This document shows, one piece after another, positions 57,163 to 64,000 of a stretch of DNA of 64,000 nucleotides. The first letter of the stretch is position 1. Each line of letters starts with the position of its first letter. Under the pieces are notes generated by a model. The model ran no database searches. It saw only the letters and a list, made by a program, of their open reading frames with translations, and had not been told where the DNA came from. The stretch is from NCBI GenBank assembly GCA_963790535.1, contig CAWBOZ010000008.1, forward strand, positions 55,591-119,590, given 5' to 3'. The translations under genes were made by a program, and so were the position numbers. This DNA is from an uncultured Alphaproteobacteria bacterium (GTDB lineage: Bacteria > Pseudomonadota > Alphaproteobacteria > Acetobacterales > Acetobacteraceae).

Positions 57163-58062
57163 TCAGCCTTCTCCCTTTGCGGCCAACGCATCCGCGGGGG
57201 GTGCGGGCCTGACACCGAGCAGATGCGCGATGGCGTAGGTAAGGTCCGGACGGTTGAGCGTGTAGAAGTGGAACTCGTCCACACCATTTGCTTGCAACAG
57301 CCGGACCTGCTCGGCGGCGACGATGGCGGCGATCATGCGCCGGGTCTCAGCGTCGTTCTCGGTGCCCTCGAACAGCCGCCCGAGCCAGGGCGGCACCGTC
57401 GCGCCGCACATGGCGCTGAAGCGGGCGGCCTGGGCGTAGTTGGAAACGGGCATGATGCCCGGCACCAGCGGCGCCGAGATCCCGGCAGCCACGGCCCGGT
57501 CGAGGAAGCGCAGGAACACGTGGCCGTCGAAGAAATACTGCGTGATGGCGCGGGTGGCGCCCGCGTCGAGCTTGCGTTTGAGATTGTCGAGGTCGGCGTC
57601 GGGGCTGAGCGCCCCTGGGTGCGTCTCGGGATAGGCCGCGACGGAAACCTCGAAGTCGGCGACGCGCCGCAATCCCGCGACCAAGTCGGCGGCGTAGGCG
57701 TAGCCGTCCGGGTGGGGCACATACTCCTCGCCGCCGGGCATGTCGCCGCGCAGCGCCACGATGTGGCGCACGCCCGCGTCCCAGTATTGCCGGGCGACCT
57801 CGTCCACCTCGGCGCATGAGGCGCCGACGCAGGTGAGATGGGCTGCGGGCGTCAGCGTGGTCTCCTTGATGATGCGGGTGACGGTCGCGTGGGTGCGGGC
57901 CTGGGTGCTGCCGCCGGCGCCGTAGGTCACGGAGACGAAACGCGGGTGCAGCGACTCCAGGCGACGGACACAGGACCAGAGCTGGGATTCCAGCGCCTCG
58001 GTCCGCGGCGGGAAGAACTCGAAGGAGAGGAGCGGCGCGGACGCCGAGTTGGGTGCCGGCAA
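57163..58062 (-). CDS. metF: methylenetetrahydrofolate reductase
   Basis: LSFEFFPPRT..FVSVTYGAGGST..AAHLTCVG..IVALRGD..AAYPE.HP..ITQYFFD. Confidence 0.9.
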   Translation of the reverse strand: MPAPNSASAPLLSFEFFPPRTEALESQLWSCVRRLESLHPRFVSVTYGAGGSTQARTHATVTRIIKETTLTPAAHLTCVGASCAEVDEVARQYWDAGVRHIVALRGDMPGGEEYVPHPDGYAYAADLVAGLRRVADFEVSVAAYPETHPGALSPDADLDNLKRKLDAGATRAITQYFFDGHVFLRFLDRAVAAGISAPLVPGIMPVSNYAQAARFSAMCGATVPPWLGRLFEGTENDAETRRMIAAIVAAEQVRLLQANGVDEFHFYTLNRPDLTYAIAHLLGVRPAPPADALAAKGEG

Positions 58063-58285
58063 CCCCGCGAATCGGGGGCCGGTCAGCCAGCGGTCGAGGG
58101 TGGCGGCGTCGGAGCGGGGGGGATCTGGTTCATCGCGGTGCTAGGTGGCGCAGATGGGACACGGTTTGCAAGTTTCGCACGCGCGGAACGCACGATCCTG
58201 TGCACGCGCACAGCCCACGCTGGACAGCAGGGGCGACCGTTGTTCTTATGCTGGGCACATCCAGCGCATACCGCCAAGGAGTCCC

Positions 58286-59050
58286 ATGCGCCTGTCCTCT
58301 TCCTTCCTGATCGCCGCCGCGGCATGCGCGCTGCTCGGAGCCTGCGCACACCCGCCGCCCGCGAGCGACCAGGAGGCGCTGGCCGAGTATCGCCAGACGA
58401 ACGACCCGCTCGAGCCGACGAACCGCGTCTTCTACTCCATCAACAACGGCCTCGACACGGTGATCCTGGCCCCCTTGGCGCGGGGCTACCGCTACGCGGT
58501 GCCGAGGCCGGCACGAACGGGCATCCACAACGTGCTGGCCAACATCACCAGTCCCGTGCTGCTCGCCAACAACGTGCTGGAGGCGAAGCCGCGCCGGGCG
58601 GGCGACACGTTCATGCGCTTCCTCATCAACACGTCCCTGGGCGTTGGCGGCCTCTTCGACGTGGCTACCGATTTCGGCTACCCGGCGGAGGACTCGGATT
58701 TCGGCATCACGCTCGCGCTGTGGGGCGTCGGCGCGGGGCCGTTCCTGTTCCTGCCCGTCCTCGGCCCGAGCAACCCGCGCGACGCGGGCGGCTTCGGCGG
58801 CGACATCCTGCTCGATCCGCTGACCTGGGCGAGCTTCGGCGGCTCGCGAACGCTGGGCATCTCGCGCTACGCCCTCGGCGCCGTGGACGCGCGCTCGCGG
58901 GTGCTCGACCAAGTGAGCCAGATCAAGAAGACCGCGCTCGACCCCTACGCCACGTTCCGCAGCCTCTACCGCCAGCACCGGAGTGCCCAGATCGATGAGG
59001 TGCGCGACGACAACGCCGCGACCGTGCCGGCCTGGTTCAACAACCGCTAG
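58286..59050 (+). CDS. mlaA: MlaA/VacJ family lipoprotein
   Basis: ATG 58286 after AAGGAG. Lipobox MRLSSSFLIAAAACALLGAC; NDPLEPTNRVFYSIN..FLINTSLGVGGLFDVA. Confidence 0.85.
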   Translation: MRLSSSFLIAAAACALLGACAHPPPASDQEALAEYRQTNDPLEPTNRVFYSINNGLDTVILAPLARGYRYAVPRPARTGIHNVLANITSPVLLANNVLEAKPRRAGDTFMRFLINTSLGVGGLFDVATDFGYPAEDSDFGITLALWGVGAGPFLFLPVLGPSNPRDAGGFGGDILLDPLTWASFGGSRTLGISRYALGAVDARSRVLDQVSQIKKTALDPYATFRSLYRQHRSAQIDEVRDDNAATVPAWFNNR

Positions 59051-59061
59051 ATGCCTGCACC

Positions 59062-59667
59062 ATGCTGACCCGGCGCACCCTCCCTGCGCTCGCCGCCGCA
59101 AGCGCCCTCGCTGCCATGCTGTCTCCCGCGCTGGCCCAGAGCGTGGATGCGGCGCAGGCGACGAGCTTCGTGCAGACCTTGGGCAGTCAGCTCGTGGCCA
59201 TCGTCAACGGGCCTGGCACGACGGCCGAGAAGCAGGCCAAGGTCGCACCGCTGATCGAGCGGGACGTGGACGTGGATGGGATCGCCCGCTTCTGCCTGGG
59301 ACGCTTCTGGCGCGCTGCCACGCCGCCGCAGCAGCAGAACTACGTCCGCGAGTTCCACAAAGTGATGCTCTACAGCATCACGACCAAGCTCGGCGAGTTC
59401 AAAGGCGTCACCTTCGCCATGACGCGGACGGCGCAGCGCGAGGGCGCCACCCTCGTCGGCACCCGCATTACCCGCCCGAACGAGGAGCCTGCCCAGGTTC
59501 AGTGGGTCGTGGACCAGGTAGGCGGCCAACCGAAGATCGTGGACCTGATCGCCGAGGGCACGAGCTTGCGGCTCACGCAGCGCAGCGACTACGCGAGCTT
59601 CTTGAGCCGCAACGGCGGCAATTTGGACGCCCTGATCGCGGCGATGCGGCGGCAAGTCGGCGCCTGA
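59062..59667 (+). CDS. MlaC/Ttg2D-family phospholipid-binding periplasmic protein
   Basis: Signal peptide MLTRRTLPALAAASALAAMLSPALA; DVDGIARFCLGRFWR..QQQNYVREF. Confidence 0.75.
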   Translation: MLTRRTLPALAAASALAAMLSPALAQSVDAAQATSFVQTLGSQLVAIVNGPGTTAEKQAKVAPLIERDVDVDGIARFCLGRFWRAATPPQQQNYVREFHKVMLYSITTKLGEFKGVTFAMTRTAQREGATLVGTRITRPNEEPAQVQWVVDQVGGQPKIVDLIAEGTSLRLTQRSDYASFLSRNGGNLDALIAAMRRQVGA

Positions 59668-59730
59668 TTGCTTCGCCGCGAGGTGATGCGCTAGCGTTCC
59701 CTCCCCAAGCAGGAACAGGAGGCAAGCGCG

Positions 59731-61230
59731 ATGAGCTCGCACGCGACGGGAGACCCCGGCGGAGGCACCGCCTGGGGACCGCACAACACGGTGACGGTGG
59801 TGGACCCGTCCCCGGTGAACTGGCTGTCCATCACCTGGAACACCATGGAAGAGGCAGACCGGGTTGACTACGAGGGCATCGGCCAGCCCAGCCTCGCCGC
59901 CGGGTGGAAATGGGTTGACGACGAGACTCTCGAACTCGACCTGCGCCGCGATGCCGTGTTCCAGGACGGCGAGAAGTATGACGCGAAGCTGTTCAAGCTC
60001 GCGTTCGACAAGGTGCAGGAGTGGACCAACCCGCATCCGCCGGGCGCCTTCCTGAACTTCGCGCGCGACACCGAGCTGCAAGTCGTTGACGACTACACGG
60101 TGCGGATGCGCTTCCCCGGCGGCGACTCCGCGGCGCTGATGAAGCTGCGCGGGATGCACATCCCGTCCACGCGCTTCTGGAACGAGTGGGGCTTCATAGA
60201 TCCCGAGACGGGGTCCGCCGAAGGCCATTGGTGAGTTATTGATGCGCCCGGTCCGTGGGGGACTGGCCCATTCGTGCTTGCCGACGGCATCTCGACGCTG
60301 AAGACCCGTTCGCCCCAGGTCGTGATGGAGCCGAACGAGACCTATTGGAACCCGGACCGCAAGCCGGCGGTGCGGATCATCTACGACAACGCCATCTTCA
60401 AGGACGATGCGATCCGCTCCGTGGCGAGCGGCGACGGCAAGATCGACGTGGTTATGGACCTGAACGTGGACGAGGCCCGCGCCTTCAACGGCAACGGCAA
60501 CGGGAAGCTCCAGACGCAGCCTGCCAAGACGGTGCTGGTTGGTTTGTTCAACGAGAACAAGCCGAACTCGCCGTGGCGCGATCCCGAGCTGCGCCGGGCG
60601 ATGAACCTGGCGCTGGATCGGCAGATGATCCTCGACAAGGGTGCCGACGGCTACGGCATGGTCATGCCGGCGTTCATCCAGCCGGGCCGCTACGGCGCCG
60701 ACCCGGCGATGAAGGCCTACGCGCTCGACGTGCAGAAGGCCTTGGGCACGATCGAGGGCGCCAACATTCCGGGCAAGGAGATCGTGATCTTCTCAGGCCC
60801 GGACTGGAAAGGGGTCGTCGAGGCGGTCGCGGAGTGCCTGCAGAGGGTCGGCCTCAAGGTGAAGCCGATCTACGGCAAAGAGGACCCGCCAGACTGGGAC
60901 ATCAAGCTCGTCTGGCACTTCGACTGGTCGCCGCAGTATCCCGTGGGCGTGGTGCATCGCGAGTTCTTCGGGAGCAACGGGGCGCTGCGCGCCTCGCCCG
61001 AGGACGAGCGGTTCGACGCGCTCTACGCGAAGCTGCTGCGGACGCCGCACCAGCCGGAGCAGGAGAACGTCGTCCGCGAGGTCGAACGCTATGTGTTCGA
61101 CGAAGCCAAGGCGCTGTTCCTGTTCTCACCCTACACGCTGTTCGCGGTGAGCGACCGCGTGGAGTTCGTGGCCTACGACACCTGCATGTCGGAGTTGGCC
61201 GAGACCAAGATCCGGTCGAAGCCCGCCTAG
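59731..61230 (+). CDS. leaderless family-5 (SBP_bac_5) solute-binding-like protein with one in-frame TGA at 60232-60234 (candidate Sec codon, or nonsense)
   Basis: Track ORFs 59731..60234 and 60274..61230 share a frame. Read-through gives ..DPETGSAEGHW[TGA]VIDAPGPWGTGPFVLADG... AGGAGG lies 8 nt before ATG 59731, and an in-frame TAG at 59692 excludes a longer N-terminus. Confidence 0.6.
60248..60266 (+). promoter_or_regulatory. SECIS-like hairpin candidate 13 nt downstream of the in-frame UGA
   Basis: CCGGUCC-GUGGG-GGACUGG: 7 bp including one G-U, pentaloop starting GU, loop begins 20 nt after the UGA. A possible lower helix pairs 60241-60246 with 60268-60272. Confidence 0.35.
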
Positions 61231-61306
61231 ACGTGCGACGCGAGCGATGCCGGGGGTTCAGCCCTCGGCACCGCGAGCGCCCTGCCCTACCAAGGTGCGG
61301 CCAGCG

Positions 61307-63232
61307 ATGATCGTGGCGACCGCCGGCCACATAGACCACGGCAAGACGGCGCTCGTGAAGGCGCTCACCGGCACCGACGCCGACCGGTTGCCGGAGGAGA
61401 AGAGCCGCGGCATCACGATAGACCTCGGCTTCGCCTATCTCCGGCTGCCCGGCGGCGGATCGGTCGGGTTCGTGGACGTGCCGGGCCACGAGCGGCTGGT
61501 CCGCACGATGCTGGCCGGCGCCGGCGGCGTGGATTTCGCCCTCCTCGTCGTCGCTGCCGATGACGGCGTGATGCCGCAGACGCTTGAGCACCTCGCCATT
61601 CTCGACCTTCTAGGCGTGCGCAGAGGCATCGTCGCGCTGACCAAGGCCGACCGCGTGGACAGCGCACGGATCGCGGAGGTCACGGCCGAGATCCAGGACC
61701 TCCTGCACGGCACTGCGCTGCAGGGCGCCCCGGTCCTGCCATGCTCCAGCCTCACGGGCGAGGGTATCCCGGAGATCGCCCGGCACCTGCACGAGGCCGC
61801 ATCCGGCACGCGCGAGCGGGCCGTTGCCGGACGCTTCCGCCTCGCGGTGGACCGCAGCTTCACGCTGCCCGGCGTCGGCTTGGTCGTCACTGGCACCGTC
61901 CACGCGGGCCGGGTGAGCGTGGGCGACCGCCTCCTGCTCTCCCCCGCGGGCGTCGAGGTGCGCGTGCGTGGGCTGCACACGCAGAACGAGGCGGCCGCGA
62001 GCGGCGTGGCCGGGCAGCGCTGCGCGCTCAACCTGACGGGCGCGCGCCTCGACAAGGACGGCATCAAGCGGGGCGACTGGATCGTCGCCCCCGAGCTTCA
62101 CGCGCCCACGGCCCGGCTCGACGTGCGGCTGCGGCTCCTCCGCTCCGAGGCCCACGCGCTGCGCCACTGGACGCCCGTGCACCTGCACCTCGGCGCCGCG
62201 AGCGTGACCGGGCGCGTGTCGCTGCTCGGGAGCCGGGCCTTGGCACCTGGGGAAGGGACGCTCGCGCAGATCGTGCTCGACGCACCCATCGGCGCCCTCT
62301 CGGGAGACCGCTTCGTCGTCCGTGACGCCTCGGCCCAGCGCACGATGGGGGGCGGCAGCGTCCTCGACCCGTTCCCGCCGCGCCGCGGCAGCCGCAGGCC
62401 CGAGCGTGAAATCGTTCTCGCCGCCCTCGGCCGTGAAAGCCACGAGGATGCGCTACGGGCGCTCCTGCAGGCGGAGCCGGCCGGGAGCGCCCTCGACCGC
62501 TTCCAGCTCGCGCGCAACCTCGGCGATGCAGAGATGAAGGCGCTGTTCGCCGCGTGCAATCTTGTCGAGGTGGCGCTCCCACGGCAGCGCCTGGGCTTCA
62601 CCGCGTCGCGCTGGGGCGAGATCAAGGCTGACCTGCTCGAAGCGCTCGCGCGCCATCACGCGCTCAACCCGGATACTTGGGGCGCGACGGCCGAGGAGCT
62701 TGCGGACACCGTTCCATCTTCGCTGCGGCCGGCCGTGATGGCCGCGGTAAAGGCGCTGGCCGAGGACCGCGCGATCCGGCGCACGGGCCAGTTGCTTCAC
62801 CTCCCCGGCCGCGAGATCCGCCTCGCGCCAGCGGACGAGAGCCTCTGGGGAGAGATCCGCGTCGTGCTGGAAGCGGCCAGCCTCGATCCCCTGCGCGTCA
62901 CCGTCTTGGCGGAGCGGCTTGGCCTGGACGAGGAGAAGGTCAGGCCGCTGCTCGACAAGCTCGGCCGCATCGGCTGGCTGTGCCGGGCGTCGCGTTCCTA
63001 CTATCTCCTGCCGGACGTGGTGGCACAGCTAGCCATGCAGGCACGGCGCGTCGCGGAGGAGCACCCCGCGCGGCTCCTCACGGTCGGGCATTTCCGCGAG
63101 GCGACCGGCATCAGCCGGCACGCGACGATGCCGGTCCTGGAGCTCCTCGACCGGGTGGGCTTCACGAGACGGGTCAACGAAGGGCGGGAGATACGGGAGG
63201 GCTGGTCGGAGGTCTTCTCCCTCGCGGGGTGA
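61307..63232 (+). CDS. selB: selenocysteine-specific translation elongation factor
   Basis: ATG 61307 gives [58 protein letters not shown]. Long C-terminal winged-helix extension; 641 aa. Confidence 0.9.
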   Translation: MIVATAGHIDHGKTALVKALTGTDADRLPEEKSRGITIDLGFAYLRLPGGGSVGFVDVPGHERLVRTMLAGAGGVDFALLVVAADDGVMPQTLEHLAILDLLGVRRGIVALTKADRVDSARIAEVTAEIQDLLHGTALQGAPVLPCSSLTGEGIPEIARHLHEAASGTRERAVAGRFRLAVDRSFTLPGVGLVVTGTVHAGRVSVGDRLLLSPAGVEVRVRGLHTQNEAAASGVAGQRCALNLTGARLDKDGIKRGDWIVAPELHAPTARLDVRLRLLRSEAHALRHWTPVHLHLGAASVTGRVSLLGSRALAPGEGTLAQIVLDAPIGALSGDRFVVRDASAQRTMGGGSVLDPFPPRRGSRRPEREIVLAALGRESHEDALRALLQAEPAGSALDRFQLARNLGDAEMKALFAACNLVEVALPRQRLGFTASRWGEIKADLLEALARHHALNPDTWGATAEELADTVPSSLRPAVMAAVKALAEDRAIRRTGQLLHLPGREIRLAPADESLWGEIRVVLEAASLDPLRVTVLAERLGLDEEKVRPLLDKLGRIGWLCRASRSYYLLPDVVAQLAMQARRVAEEHPARLLTVGHFREATGISRHATMPVLELLDRVGFTRRVNEGREIREGWSEVFSLAG

Positions 63233-63351
63233 CTCTTGGCGACCGCCTGACGCTACAAGCGACCGGATGTAAGCGGATATTACATTTCGTGTGTTGACGC
63301 CGCGCTCCGAAAGGTCAAGCTCAAGGTGCCAACAACTTCATGGGTGTAGCT

Positions 63352-63657
63352 ATGAAACAGGTGATTGCAATCGCTCTAGCCGGCATGGTGGCGGTGCCAT
63401 TCGGCTACGCCGGCCGCGCCTCCGCGGAGCCGGGCGGCTGCCTCAAGTATGGCGCGGCGGGCGCCGTGGGTGGCCACTTGGCAGGGCACGGCATTGCCGG
63501 CGCGGCCGCGGGGTGCGCGACCGGGATGGCGGTCCGCCACCACGCCCGCCAGCGCGCTCGCGAGCAGACGTATCAGCAGGACAACGGCACCATGCAGCGG
63601 GATACGGCACCCGGCGCCAACGCGGTGGCGCCTGACAGCGGCTCAAACACCCGCTGA
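63352..63657 (+). CDS. small secreted Gly/Ala-rich hypothetical protein
   Basis: MKQVIAIALAGMVAVPFGYAGRASA signal-like N-terminus, then GAAGAVGGHLAGHGIAGAAAGCATG glycine-zipper-like segment. Confidence 0.45.
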   Translation: MKQVIAIALAGMVAVPFGYAGRASAEPGGCLKYGAAGAVGGHLAGHGIAGAAAGCATGMAVRHHARQRAREQTYQQDNGTMQRDTAPGANAVAPDSGSNTR

Positions 63658-63667
63658 TGCACGCGAC

Positions 63668-63700
63668 CCCCGGCGGATCATGCCGGGGGTTCCCGTTGTG
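63668..63700 (+). terminator. rho-independent terminator-like hairpin
   Basis: CCCCCGGC-GGATCAT-GCCGGGGG followed by TTCCCGTTGT. Confidence 0.5.
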
Positions 63701-63726
63701 CCGCGTTGCAAGCTGTTGGAAAGCAC

Positions 63727-63800
63727 GGTAGCGGCGGGCGGATTTGAACCACCGACCAAGGGATTATGATTCCCCTGCTCTACCGCTGAGCTACGCCGCC
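63727..63800 (-). tRNA. tRNA with CAT anticodon (Met or lysidine-modified Ile2)
   Basis: rc: GGCGGCG TA GCTC AGCGGTA GAGC A GGGGA ATCATAA TCCCT TGGTC GGTGG TTCAAAT CCGCC CGCCGCT A CC. Full cloverleaf. The anticodon-arm to T-arm segment resembles remembered E. coli ileX. Confidence 0.85.
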
Positions 63801-64000
63801 ATCCGCCCGGCACATGCCTCCGCCTGGGTCCGAAGTCAACCGCCTAGCGGAGAGCTTGTGCCCCGCTGCCGCGGCCCCAACATCGCCGGTGCAGACGAGG
63901 AGAACCGGCGCCTTGGACATCATCACGCCTTCGCTTCAGGACGGCACCGCTCAGGAGGGCACTGGGGCGAGCGACGCTCGGCCGACGCAGGAGGAGGCAG

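Noticed and set aside
58063-58285. A riboswitch (SAM-II or similar) might lie in the 223-nt leader of metF.
   Set aside because: I could not recognise any SAM-II, SAM-V or SAM-SAH consensus or pseudoknot in the reverse-strand leader. The spacer is shared with the divergent mlaA promoter.
63801-64000. Search for tRNA-Sec (selC) or other RNA genes next to selB and tRNA(CAT).
   Set aside because: There is no T-arm (GGTTCGAAT-like) or TCA anticodon-loop context, and no extended acceptor or variable arm can be folded in 63233-63340 or 63801-64000.

Overview
High-GC chromosomal segment that looks alphaproteobacterial, with about 60 protein genes, one tRNA and a mobile-element hotspot.

Layout by coordinate:
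- 1-2 kb: partial ATP-grasp gene and an FAD oxidoreductase.
- 2-7 kb: an islet that looks lower in GC by eye, carrying small enzymes and ending in a serine-recombinase remnant.
- 7.0-12.9 kb: nested insertions. Two diverged inverted IS5-family copies flank a decayed IS630 element. That IS630 is itself split by a 2.48-kb element encoding only a large serine recombinase (LSR).
- 12.9-15 kb: DHA2 MFS transporter and a DUF29 gene.
- 15.0-21.8 kb: tightly coupled glycan-type operon with two SDR epimerases, a B12-binding radical SAM enzyme and three glycosyltransferases.
- 22-22.8 kb: RHH/PIN toxin-antitoxin pair.
- 22.8-27.4 kb: amino-acid ABC transporter parts, an agmatinase-family enzyme and a Tim44-like gene.
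- 28.0-42.5 kb: two divergent operons for ureide or N-rich compound catabolism. One holds allophanate hydrolase, two BiuH/TrtA-like cysteine hydrolases, an AmiF-like amidase and a BMP-type ABC transporter. The other holds a PotABCD-like transporter and a hydantoinase.
- 42.7-59.7 kb: FAD monooxygenase, Liv-type ABC system, esterase, Pho84-like MFS, pepP, DUF1127, prmA, uvrD, Uma2, metF and mlaA/mlaC.
- 59.7-63.8 kb: SBP-like gene, selB, a small secreted protein and a tRNA(CAT).

Most interesting observations:
1. A leaderless family-5 SBP-like gene has one in-frame TGA followed by a SECIS-like hairpin, and it lies 76 nt upstream of selB. It is a candidate new selenoprotein.
2. The cargo-less LSR element inside IS630, and the insertion history that can be reconstructed around it.
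3. The uncharacterised B12-rSAM glycan operon.
4. The double cysteine-hydrolase catabolic operon.
5. A technical pattern. Five single-base frameshifts sit at GAGTTC, where deleting one T restores both the reading frame and a GANTC (CcrM) site. A sixth lesion lies at the homologous position of the second IS5 copy.

Many apparent pseudogenes may therefore be base-calling artefacts. All homology calls are from reading the translations; no searches were run.
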